Shown: piece by piece, positions 13,096 through 24,974 of the stretch
Numbering within the stretch: the stretch's first letter is position 1
Layout of the letters: each line of letters begins with the position of its first letter
Source: Podarcis filfolensis
Taxonomy: Eukaryota
NCBI GenBank assembly: GCA_964270895.1
Contig: OZ185443.1
Length of the DNA: 64,000 nt
Reading direction: 5' to 3' (one strand)
Translations under genes and position numbers: made by a program
The notes under the pieces: generated by a model
Told to the model about the DNA's origin: nothing
What the model saw: the letters and a program-made list of their open reading frames with translations, nothing else
Database searches by the model: none

Positions 13096-13980
13096 TGTCT
13101 GGGAATGCCTGGCCACAATTTTGGACAGGGACTCTCTGAATAGAGATCATCATCTAATGAGATGGAGGAGAGTCTTGGATGGTCAGTTTTGCCACTCTGC
13201 AAGCTATATCCTACTCAGAATGGTGATAAATGGGATTTCTGTGACTTGAAGCCAACTTTTTACTACCAATTCTCCCTGAGCTACAATTGACATGTGTATA
13301 CGTACCTGAATTCCCCTCATTTTCTGAGTAAGAATTCCTACTGTGCCTTTCAAAATATTTTACCGTTGCTTTTGTTCCTATGACAAGGGTCAGGATATTA
13401 AAAGGATGTTAGATAACAGAGTCTTGGGACAGGTGCTCAGACTACCGATATGACCTCATGATACAAGGAGGAATAACCACATTAGTTCAGGGCTTTCTTG
13501 TCTGAACCATTTCAGGATGTGCCTGAAAGCTTGAATGCATCTTCCAGCAACAACAGCACTTGGGACACAAGCGATCAGGCCTGTCAGCAGTTCCATTTAT
13601 AACCCCCTCTGTCCTTCACACCCTGTTAAAAGCCACTCTTGAATTGATTTTTTTTTTTTTTAGGTGCTTTAATGGTAGCTGCTGCATACCAATTGCTGCA
13701 TGCAACTTAAAAAAAAAAATATTAATACTTAATATACCGGGGTGATAAGTGAGCAGCACTTTGAATTCCACAGAATGGAAAGGCACTATCCTTTAAGATA
13801 TTAATAAACCTCTGTAAACAGCTGTACATTAAGAAAGCTCCAGAGAGGTCAAAAGAAGCAAAAGGATGGAGTGGGGAGTTAAGGCAGCTTTATAACAATG
13901 GCTTTTTGTTCACATCATGCTTCTGAGTCAACAATTGTATTTGTATTTCAGTCTTTGGAGGAACCTCATGTGTACACAAG

Positions 13981-13983
<3 letters not shown>

Positions 13984-14017
<34 letters not shown>
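13984..14017. repeat. (TC)n microsatellite
   Basis: Seen directly. Confidence 0.97.
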
Positions 14018-14021
<4 letters not shown>

Positions 14022-14116
14022 TGATAGAATACATCCCTTTCTGAGGCTATTCAGTATAATTCTGAATTGTTTTAAGTTTTTCAGCATGCATCTGAATGTG
14101 ATCATACATGATCATA

Positions 14117-14348
14117 CAGTGGTACCTCGGGTTGCATACGCTTCAGGTTACAGACTCTGCTAACCCAGAAATAGTACCTTGGGTTAAAAACTTTGCTTCA
14201 GGATGAGAACAGAAATCGTGCTCCAGTGGCGCGGCGGCAGCGGCAGTGGGAGGCTCCATTAGCTAAAGTGGTGCTTCAGGTTAAGAACAGTTTCAGGTTA
14301 AGAACGGACCTCAGGAACTTATTAAGTACTTAACCCGAGGTACCACTG
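14117..14348. mobile_element. Tc1/mariner-superfamily MITE (pogo/Tigger-like CAGTGGTACCTC ends)
   Basis: TIRs CAGTGGTACCTCGGGTT and AACCCGAGGTACCACTG, with TA/TG flanks. Same family as 15181, 34420, 44269 and 49332. Confidence 0.88.
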
Positions 14349-14770
14349 TGCATGAATTCACATCATTTGAGCTCCTTTTCAACATTTGACGTTGGTATGT
14401 GGCTCATCCTAATATGGAGGGTTGAATTCCTCCAGAGATGCCCTTCTCTCAATCCCACAAACATCTAAAATGTGTTTGGGGTAGATTCAAGAAAGAGGGG
14501 TCTCCTCAGCGGCTGCACCAAGACTTTGACATTCTCATTCTACCCTTCTGCTAACCTTCTATTTGGGCAGGCCTCATCTGTTTAGTTTTTCCTCTGTTTG
14601 TTTTCAATTGGCTTTCAGCTGGCTTTTGTTTTACCCAGTGTTGTTTTTCTAGAAAAAGAGGTGGCAGAACTCACCATGAAAAACCTCCCTCATTCTCTTA
14701 GGGTGGCAGTGTCACCAACCTGAGAGGCACCAGAAGTGAGTTCTAGCTGGGGGAAAAGGCATGGTTTTAC

Positions 14771-15166
14771 CAGAGGCGTAGCTAGCTGCTCGAGTGCCTG
14801 GGGCGGGGGCGTGTCCTTCAGCCGGGGGTGGGGCGATCCACACCCATGGGGGCGGGGTGATCTGTGCCGGTGGGGGCAGGGTGAGCCTCCCATGGGGACG
14901 GGGTGAGCCTCTCCGACGCTTGGAGCCTCTCTGCTGCCTCCCCCTCAGCTGTAGGATGGCTGACGGAGTGGAAGTAGGCAGAAGCAAGTCCCACGCTGCC
15001 TTTTCAGGCAGCGCGGAAGCTCCAGGCACCTAAGCCACCACGTCACTCCTAAAAGGTTTTGTGAGCCCAATTTTATGTTTATTTTTAAAACTCATTTTGT
15101 CACACACCCCCTCAGTGATGACACCCGGGGTGGATTACACCCCCACACCCCCTTCCTCCACCACTG
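14771..15166. mobile_element. GC-rich hAT-type element, possibly chimeric
   Basis: Ends CAGAGGCGTAG and CTCCACCACTG. Perfect 8-bp TSD GGTTTTAC (14763-14770 and 15167-15174). The right ~90 bp is the reverse complement of the left end of the 4771 element. Confidence 0.82.
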
Positions 15167-15180
15167 GGTTTTACCATGTA

Positions 15181-15411
15181 CAGTGGTACCTCGGGTTACA
15201 AACACTTCAGGTTACAGTCTCCGCTAACCCGGAAGTAGTGCCTCAGGTTAAGAACTTTACTTCAGATGAGAACAGAAATTGTGCGGCGGTGGTGGCAGCA
15301 GCAGCAGCAGCGGGAGGCCCCATTAGCTAAAGTGGTACCTCAGGTTAGAACAGTTTCAGGTTAAGAACGGACCTCCAGAACGAATTAAGTTCTTCACCAG
15401 AGGTACCACTG
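15181..15411. mobile_element. Tc1/mariner-superfamily MITE
   Basis: CAGTGGTACCTC...GAGGTACCACTG with TA on both sides. Confidence 0.9.
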
Positions 15412-18400
15412 TATACTGTTTCATTGATTCCCCTGAGCGGCTCTTTAAATATATCTGCTATGATTTGCCCTTATACGATCATTTTATTCTGTACTTTTGT
15501 GACGCTAGTTGCCTTGAGCATCAAATGTAGAAAGGCAAGATACAAATTTGGTAGATGGGTAAAGTACGGTGCTGCCTACTGTGCACCCCTTACCATTCAT
15601 GTATTGATCTAGGAAAGGATTTAGACTAAACAGAAGGTAGGTAGAACATACCATTGAAACAAGCTGCTTGAGGGTGCACCAAACTGTCTCAGACAATGGA
15701 TTGACCTTGACAGCTGGATGGCTAGCCATCAGGGATGTTGCTGTAGTGGACTCAGATGCGGGGGCAGGAGGCGGGTTCTAATGCTGCGATTTTAAACAGT
15801 TAGAGATTTACATAGTGAAAGATCTAAGGAGCAAGAAAGAAATCAAAAGGCATATATTCTTGGCTTTTGTTGTAACACGAATCAGTGACTGAAAGAATGT
15901 GATGCATTCCAGAGGACCACTTCGAGAAGCAAAGCATAGCCAATGCCTCACTTTAGAAAATAGTCTGCCATCAAGTTCAAGTACACAAATGCTTCTTCAC
16001 ACCACATTTGCTTTGAGAATCCCTTGGCATCCCTTGATGGCCACAATTTGACTCAAAGGCCTCTAGTTCCTGACTCTTAGTTGATGATGTTGAGAGAGCC
16101 AGATATGTGTCATGAAGTAAACGATAATTATTCTCATTTCTTTGAAACGGGACAGTTTCAAAGCTTCCCCCTAACAACAATTCATGAAAAATTGGAATCA
16201 TTCCTATAATACTAAATCTACTCTTGCTCCTAAATTAGGGGAGGGGAAAAATGAATGTTTCAAGCATTTGCAAGAAAGAATGTAGGTGTTTGTTGGATTT
16301 CAAAAACCATCTGTGGCTGGTTATCACCATAAAGAAGTTCCAAGAATTAGGGCAGAGTTCAGATGTTTCCCTTTAGCTAAATATGGGCTGATCTACCTTC
16401 AAGGAATGTGCATTTTCCGTTGATATATAGTGAAGCAACTTTCATCTATAAATCGGTATAATAGCTGCCAACCTGGCATATACAGTCATAAACCTGAGGA
16501 CTCTAGAGAAAAAGTGAGGTCCTCAATGAAGACTGCACACAAAGTCCTCTGACTTTAGTGAGTTGTGTGTTAACTGGAAAAGGAGAGTAAAAGGTTAATT
16601 GGCAAGGGCTTCATTAGGGGGTGAAAATGTAACCTCACAGAGCCGTTTTCTTAAAAGGACAGTGACCATACTGCACATGCTGTGCTATTTAGCGTAATGA
16701 GGTGAAGGCTCTATGGGACCAAAAGGCAAGTTATAAGCTGTAAAAAATAAGGAAATGAAGGAAAGCCCTTTTTGACATGTGGGGGCAGATGTATGTGGGG
16801 GGTGGGGAGTTATATTGTAGGCAGCCCTGAAGTGGGGTAGCCACTTAACATGAAACAAATCCATCTCTCTCACTTGTGAGTCTTGGCTTTAATTAACATT
16901 TCAAGATGAAAGGCCATGTGATTATAACAATTCATTTCAGATGTTCTGCATTGTTGTGGCAAGCCCATTTAAAAAGAGAGAGAGAAGCTGTTCAGATGTG
17001 CTGACAACAGCAGGTTTCCTTTTAAGTTTGGGGTTTGTAATTCACATAATTTGACATACGCCGCGAAAAGCTGAATAATGGTAAATGTTTGCGAATCATC
17101 CCAACCATTTTGACCTTCTGTGAATATGTAGGAAGGAGTCATTATTTTGGTTAGGCTGCCTGGGCACACGGCAGCAATGCGGCAGAACAATTTCAGCTCC
17201 CTAATTTGATCAGCCTGTCTTGTTCGAAGTGCAGCATAAATCAAAGTGTATTGCAGGGATAAGGCTTTCCACTGGTCTTGGATTTGCCACGATCAGGTGA
17301 AAACTGCCAAGTAGGAAGAATCCTTCTCTCTCCTATTTTTTGGATGAGTTGCCCTTTAACTCTTTTTCTTCAAACATGGAATTCACAGGGTGGTATTACA
17401 AACATGTTTCCTAGCCAACAAAGCAGTTAGAAACAGAAGCCAACACCTTCCTCCCTCAGGAGGAAAACCCATTATGTTCTACAGTCCCTTTAATAATCAG
17501 TTGTGGAACGGGGTTTTCTGGATCACATTTCATCTCCAACTCCATCTGTAATCTTGTAGTGATGCTGGCACCAAATGGGACCCAGATACTATGAATTCAG
17601 CCTAGGGTTGTTTTTATGCAGGCAAAACTCAGTTTCTGGTTAAACTGATTTAGGAAGCTGTCTCACATGCAAAATTCTCCGGAGTCTATGGCTTCTGGTT
17701 AATGTGCTTGTAACGTTGTAGCACAGTGGTTCTGACCTATGTCCAGATGGCAGTTTTCCATAGCATGTAAATGGTAGTGCCTGGGCTCTTTTGAGGTGCT
17801 TTCTCCTGGGGCAGCCCCACTTTCATTATGGGAAACTGGCCAACTAGCCTGCAGATCCCATGAAAGGCCTGAGAGAAGCAATAGTTGGAGAAGATGGCTG
17901 AGAGAAGATACGCGAAAGGACCTGGAGACTGAGGAAGAGGGGGAAAGGAGAGGAGTGGTTCAGATGGAGAAGAGTAAAGATAGAGGTCTGAAGGAACCCT
18001 TTCAGATGTTGTTGGATTTTAGCTCCCATCAGTCCCAATCAGAATGGTGAATGATAAGGGATGGGGGGAGTTGTAGTCCAACAAATACCCCGTCCCTGTT
18101 CTAAAGGAAGGTGTGAATGGGAGCACATAATGGACACAGGGGGAGGGACAGAGGACTACAAAGAGAAGCATGTAAACTCAGTCACAGAGAGAGGTTGATC
18201 TGCAATAGATTTTTAGTTCAGTTTGCTTTATCTCAAATCAGAACCAGTCTGTTTCTGGTCTGTGCCACTTTCTGTATGTCCTTCAGCTACCTTGCTCCTA
18301 GAATTTCCTAGAACTGCATATACAGAGATTCATGTGGATAGACAGAGTCTTTTGAAAAATTAGCTGCATCAGAATGGGCAAAGTGTGAAATCACGTCATG

Positions 18401-18467
18401 GCAATGTACAAAGTGATCAATACTGAATCAGTAAATAAATGTGTAGCATTTTAACAAAAAATGTGAG

Positions 18468-19262
18468 TGTGACAAGGCCTCAAACCAGGACTCCTTGGTG
18501 TCCTGAGTCCTCCATCAGCTGGAGCTTTGAGAAGGATATTTATTTGTCTGTCCCATGTTGGTCCAAGGACACTGGACCTTCTCTCCACAGAGCCTGGAGT
18601 GACACCTGTGCCATCAGGTCTGATGGCTGATCCACAGATACCTCAGGTGATCAAGAAAGGCCTGAAGAGAAATCTCCACAGCTTTAAATTCCATTACCTT
18701 GAAGAAGCCAATGTCTGCAAGAAGAAAACATTGCCCTTTAACCAGGCAGAAGGCAGCACCTGGGGAGTGGGTGGATGAAACCTCCCATGAGTGATGGCCT
18801 AACCCTGCTATAAAACTCAGCCAACTGCTCCAGGACCTAGCTGAGACACCCTGGCTATCTGCCCACAGCTTCAGAAGCACTATCTGTGGTTCTGACCATT
18901 TACCTTGATCTCCTTCCAAGCTGCTGATATTTTCTTTGCCTTGCCCTGCCCATCCTCACTATCCTCACTATCAATCTCTATCCCTTCAACCATCCCCTCT
19001 CATCAGTTGTGCACACTCCATGGACCACAACAAGGTGAACTGCTACTGGATTGTACTTTGCTCAGGCCTCAGCTGCAAGTTGAGATCATGGCAATCTCTC
19101 TGGCTGTAAGAATGCTTGGGAATGACCCATAGGTCTTCCACAGCAACAGTGGGTAAAGCAAATGACTCTAGCATAGTTTTAATTGCTTTTAGTTCCCCAA
19201 AGAAGCTGAACTCTCAGTCTGTAATGTTGAGATTATGATGATAAATGTGGTTATGTATCACA
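18468..19262 (+). mobile_element. Solo LTR (795 bp; 5-bp TSD)
   Basis: TGTGA...TCACA ends, perfect TSD GTGAG (18463-18467 and 19263-19267), TATAAAA at 18809-18815 and a degenerate polyA signal GATAAA at 19240-19245. Confidence 0.75.
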
Positions 19263-20095
19263 GTGAGCCTTGGTGATAGGCACCTTCAAAGTCTTAATCC
19301 TGTTGCCTTTCTAGTTAAGCTTGAAAGCAGGTAATTTATTACCCGCTGATTTTCACTTGAATAGGTCAGAATCAAGAAAGTCCAGAATCTTTTTCTTCAC
19401 AACTATGAAGACATTGAGACAGATTAAATCTACACTGGGCTGTAATTGGCTAGACAGCCACTGCCATCTGTCAGTGTCAGCAACGTTAGGGATACAGTTA
19501 GAACACCATTCTGTCTGAATAGTGTGACACCTAATTTTACTTAAGGAACCGGCCAAAATTTAACCTATCCTTATGCAATTGCTTTGGAGACGAAAGCTGG
19601 GAGTAGAAATTGGTTATTTGGACTGATGTTGTATAGATGGACTTTGCAGGAAAATGGAAACTGTTATGAGAGCGACTGGCCATTATGCTAATCACATCTC
19701 CCCCAAGGTGAACACAGTGTAGCAAAGCCCAGTTCAAAGGTTTTTGGTTCAAGTTTGCTCCTGCACCAATAATGTTTCTGCAGGATCTCATATGGGTTTT
19801 AATTTTAAATCAAATTGGTTGTAGTTCAGCTGAGTCCGTCTCTTTATTCAGCCAACTGGTCTCAAAGACCCTCAGGGCTTCTAATGCTGACTTCTTATTT
19901 GATGTAAATATTATGATTCTCCAAAAGTTCATAGTTGGGGCCCAAGCTCAATGAGTTTCGGTGGCACTCCAATGCAGGATTTCAGTTCATTGTTAGCTCT
20001 GCATGGCATTAAGCTGACTGTAGCATGCCTCCCTTATTTGTTCTAACAATGGTTCTTTACTCTTGTCTGTACTTCCTTTTATGTGTAAAATGTTG

Positions 20096-20097
<2 letters not shown>

Positions 20098-20139
<42 letters not shown>
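20098..20139. repeat. (AC)n microsatellite
   Basis: Seen directly. Confidence 0.97.
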
Positions 20140-20141
<2 letters not shown>

Positions 20142-20825
20142 TCATTGTGTTAAGTAATTCCCACTGAGATCAATGAGGCTTGCTTCCAAGTAGTGTGTGT
20201 TTGTGTGTTTGGATTTGTTTTGAAGTCCTTAAACAGATGAATACTTTAATTAGAAGAGAGAGACAGACTTATCTTTCCATGGGAAGTGAAATATTTGGCA
20301 GAGAACATCCATGTGGGTGTGTCCTAGAGGCAGCGTTGCTAAAGCACTCGCCGGAATTCTTCCATCACCCGCCCTCGGGTTAAAAGCAAACAAAAAACTT
20401 CTGAAAATGTAATTGCAATAAAGGAGAAAATACAGGCTGGGCCCCAGTATATAATTACACCTTGGATCTCTTGTTTGGTGCCACCTCCAGACTCAAGATC
20501 TAAGACAAAGGAAATAAAGCCTGAGCAGTAGCACAGCTTCCTTTTGAGAGACTGGCACGACTTAAATAGGGTGTGGGATTGTCTCTTTATGTTCATAGAA
20601 AAGGGTGTGGGGTGAGCCCAAAGAGTGAAGACAACTGTTTTCAGATAACCCTCTTCCAGACATGCTAAAACAGGTGTAGGCAGAAGGGTTTTTCTTCTTT
20701 GTAAGGCCTCTTAAGAGTTTGGAGCTTTAAGAAAATATATTAGACACGGCCATGCCTTTAAAGAAAAATCTTTACAAATTAGTCTATTGTTCCCATTTAT
20801 GATCTCAACATTCCCCCTCCCTGTA

Positions 20826-21630
20826 TGTAGGGTCCTCCATCGTGAAGGGCATGTGTTGTGGTGAGACCACCAGAAGCTACCTCCCTGTTGTGGGGCGGGA
20901 CCGTTTGGATGGTCGCATCACCCCATTGGTTGCCCCTCTGTTGCTGGGGCAGAAATTTGGTCAGTTGGGTTGGCTATTGGCTGCTGAGGGGCTACTTAAG
21001 CTACTGCACGTCACTGGAGAGTTTTACTTTCTTGCGATCACCCGCCCTCTTCTCCCTATATTTAGGGTTGTTCTTATGGCCTTGCTATGCCTGTCTAGGG
21101 GTCATCTGTTTTGGAGCAGGGGCCCGGTAGGAATTTTGCCATTTGGCTGATTGGCTGGTGCCTCTTGGTTTTTGGCCACTGTGTAGCAAATCATCACAAC
21201 TTTGTAAGGTTGGTGGTTAGGCATTTGGTTCAATGTTTTGGGGAGGGGACATGGTTGGCTGTGCCTACCCCTCCATTGCTGCTGTTAGGGAATTCTGTTA
21301 AAGGAATCCAGGGGCTCACCTTGCTTTTGTCCGAACCCTGTCAAGGGGCTAGGGCCATGCCAGAGCCCCTGGGAGCATCTGGGGTGAGCTGTGAGATCGA
21401 AGGAGTTCTTGCTCTCCCAGGATGCTTTGCCTTACTGACATATGGTGGTGCTCCGTTTCAGTCCTGTTCCTGCCACCATGCAGGTTCAGGTAGTCTGGAA
21501 CCAATGCCTAAAGCAGCCACTCACATGCTGTAATCAATGAAGTTGTGGCCAAAATTTAATGCCAAAAACCTTAAACTAAAATCTGTGTCTATTGAGTCTT
21601 CATTTGGGGGTGGTTTTGAGGGTCTCCACA
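20826..21630 (+). mobile_element. Solo LTR related to 4950-5806
   Basis: TGTAGGG...CTCCACA ends and TSD TGTA/TGCA. Shares blocks with the 4950 LTR (GGTAGGAATTTT, TTAAAGGAATCCAGGG, GGGGCTAGGGCCATGCCAG, AATCAAT-AAGTTGTGGCC). Confidence 0.82.
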
Positions 21631-21871
21631 TGCAAACAACTGCTGATATACCGGGTTGGGTCTTTCCATTAACTACAGAAGGGCCTTCTCACAGCATCTC
21701 AGGTAATGCTCAGGTTAGATTTTTCTAACAAATAAGGCTTTTTCTTCCAGAATGGAACTGGGATTTTTCTTCATGATGGATGGGTTGTATACAGAATTCA
21801 TTCATAGTTGATTTGGACAGAGATCAGATTTGAACCATTTTGTTTCCTATTTTTGCTTGTGTATTGAACAT

Positions 21872-21872
<1 letters not shown>

Positions 21873-21929
<57 letters not shown>

Positions 21930-21962
21930 AGAGGGAGAGGGAGAGGAAGAAAGAGAAAGAGA
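21873..21962. repeat. Compound (CA)n(GA)n microsatellite plus polypurine tract
   Basis: Seen directly; purine-only from 21890 to 21962. Confidence 0.95.
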
Positions 21963-23739
21963 TTTGGGGGGCTTTATTTTAATCAATGGAGCTCCTGGCT
22001 AACAATCACAAAAGCTCTTGTTTGTGTCTGAGGAAGTCAGCAATCGGAGATGCATCTCGGATATTTATAAACTAATGTTCACAGTGAGAGCGTCTGTGTG
22101 TGAATTAAAATGAGGATTAGCTTTCCATGTTTTTAAATAACCACAAAATGCTTTGAGATAACAGTTAACTGAGTTTGTTTTTTTAACTCACTGGATGAAT
22201 TTTGTGCAAAATTGAGTAGGCGGAAGAAACAGGAATAAGGGAGGGGACCCCCCACCCTATTACATGCATACACTGATTCTTAACTAGTTTAGATTTGGAT
22301 TTTATTTGTAAAGTACAAGTTCATGACAGTAGAAACCTCAGACTGTCAAATGCCCTTCAAAAAAACCCAGCTAATGCCAAATACTTTGATATCCTGGGAG
22401 TACATCTGGTTTATTTACTGCAAAAACAGCTAGGCTTCGAAATTGGCTGCTTCCGAAAGCCGTGGGCAGTAAACACACCACAGGACATAAACGTCAAGAA
22501 AAGAAAGTTCAAGCTGGCTATTCAGATAACGAGAGAGTGCTCTCCATTTAGGAGATAACCATATCATAAGCAAAATACAACTGTGGTTTATGCACTAAGT
22601 AGTAGCATGTTACCATGCAGCTTTGCAGTATTCCAGGGCTTTTTCCTTAGTTTTCACTGTTTGTTTATCTAGAAAATGCATAGACCACTGAACATTAGCA
22701 AATATCATAGATGTGTTCAACAATAAAAAAATACAATAAATTAGATGGATAAAATCAGATTTCTCAAAGAAATCTGATGCTATCTGTGAGTCAACTCATC
22801 CTTTCGGAAAATCATTTAGAAATAGAAGATTTTGTTTTAGGACCTGGCAAAATATACATAACATTTTGCTAGTATAAACTAAGTCTCATAGAATTTATAG
22901 CACTTGACAACACCTGATCTCCCTCCCTCCCTCCCTCTCTTTCTCTATGACTCAACTTTCTTTGAATTATTTGTATCAGATAAATACAGTTCCCCCAGTC
23001 CCAATATGGGTTAACTGAGTGTCTCAATTTAATTTAATTTTAATAGAAAAGGTAGCTTCATACGCAATATCCTACCGACAAAGAGATTATATTTTTCTTA
23101 CATTTATTAGTTCTCTGGGTGGTGAGCAATTTAAACAATATAAGATACAACCCAATGAAACACCAAACAACAGAAAAACCATAGCAAGGCAAGGGGAACA
23201 TATGAGAAAGTAAGTTCCCTTCTAACAGTCAGGTAAGTTCCCTTTTGGGCCTAATCCACATGGAACAACTTTACCAGCAGCAAGAGGTCTAGTAAAGCTG
23301 AAAATGGGGCAAGTTTCACCCACATCTGGTTTCTGTGGGCCCATGAGGCAGAATTCTCCTATGGGTGTTTGGGGAGAAGGAGAAGAGAAACGCCTTTATA
23401 AGGTTTCCTTAACCAGGGTTCATGGCCAGTTTTTCTCTGTGAGCTTCCAGCCCACCCACCCTTGAGTTACAGCCTTCACTGAGTATCTCTGCTGATGGTT
23501 GATGCAGCCAGAAAACATTGTTTTTCTCTCTCAACAAGATTGGCCCTTACTTGGGGACTTTTTGCTTTTCCCTCAGCAAAACATATGGCTTCCTATTGTT
23601 ACGCGGAATAACCTGGTTTGTATAGTGATGGATCAATATAGTGAAGGGGGCCTTTCATAAAGGGCATGAGGGGAGAATTGGCCTTTATTGGCTCCAAGAT
23701 CAGGTCTCTGTCCTTCTGCAATCCTCACCTTTGTCACAC

Positions 23740-24199
23740 TGTGAGACCAGGCTTGCACCACAACAGGGGTCAGCACCAGGTGACTACCTTGGAATGGGTT
23801 TGGTGCAATCCAGTGCCAGTGGTATACCCATCAACATTCTGCTGATGAAAATTGGGAGATGTGTCTTTCTGTGCCACACGCTCTCAAAAGTCAGCAGACT
23901 TGCGCAAGTGCGCAACACTACAAGAAGTCTGGCTGCAAGCACCGGCTCAACCTCTTCCCTAAGCTCAGAGGTAGTGGTGCTGGAGAGGGGGAACAGAACA
24001 TTCCAGGATCCAGTCAGGGCATTTGATGGGTATGCAAGTGGATCCCATTCAACTAGCATGGGGTGAGTGGAATGATGAACTGATCCTGGCCCTGCCATGC
24101 CAACCTGAAACTTGCCTACTTCAGTCAATAAAGATTTGACTGGTTTCATCCCAACACCCATTTCCTGGCTGGCCATCTGCTGCTTTTATGGGTCTTAGA
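23740..24199 (+). mobile_element. Degenerate solo LTR (460 bp)
   Basis: Imperfect inverted ends TGTGAGACC and GGTCTTAGA, and AATAAA at 24127-24132. Flanks ACAC/ATGC are consistent with an ACGC TSD after CpG decay. Confidence 0.6.
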
Positions 24200-24610
24200 A
24201 TGCACTTACCTGGGCAATGCAATAAGAACAGAGAGCCATAACACACCCCCATAGAGCTAAGCCACAATGAAATGCAAATATTAAGGTAAAACTGATTTTA
24301 AATTGATTTGTAAAAACATGATTCCTACTCTTGGCATAGGAAGAGCTTTGCAGACCATGTGCAGGAAATGTTGTGGATTTCTGTTTAGATACTACTACTT
24401 GTAGGGTTGCCATATGCCCAGAATTTCCTGGACATACCTGGAATACTGCAGTTGGAAGCAGTGTCTGGGCAGAAATGGGCAAAATGTCTGGAAAGCTCAA
24501 CTTTTGTGTCCAGATTTTCACTTGCTGAAATATGGCAATGCTACTACCTGTGTATTAGATCAATATGAAGTATGCTGTCCCAAGAACTGGTATATGCGAC
24601 TATCTTCCCT

Positions 24611-24974
24611 TAAAGGTAAAGGACACCTGACAGTTAAGTCCGGTCACAGATGACTCTGGGGTTGTGGAGCTCATCTCACATTACAGGCCAAGGGAGCCAG
24701 CATTTGTCCGCAGACAGTTTTTCTGGGTCATGTGGCCAGCATGACTAAGCCGCTTCTGGTGAAACCAGAGTAGTGCACAGGAACGCCGCTTACCTTCCCG
24801 CTGGAGCGGTACCTATTTATCTACTTGCACTTTGATGTGCTTTCAAACTGCTAGGTTGACAGGAGCTGGGACAGAGCAACGGGAGCTCACCCCATTGTGG
24901 GGATTCAAACCACCGACCTTCTGGTCGGCAAGCCCTAGGCTCTGTGGTTTAGACCACGGCGCCACTCGCGTCTC
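24611..24974 (-). mobile_element. Sauria SINE
   Basis: The reverse complement matches the 8130 copy along its length (GAGACGCGAGTGGCGCC head, CCTTTA tail). Confidence 0.88.

Noticed and set aside
13490-13570. Possible second, decayed Penelope/hammerhead-like end (GAAAGCTT)
   Set aside because: No intact CUGANGA box or stem II, so it cannot be supported.
23597-23739. Alternative LTR start at TGTTACGCGG
   Set aside because: No matching TSD or inverted end; the 23740 start fits better.
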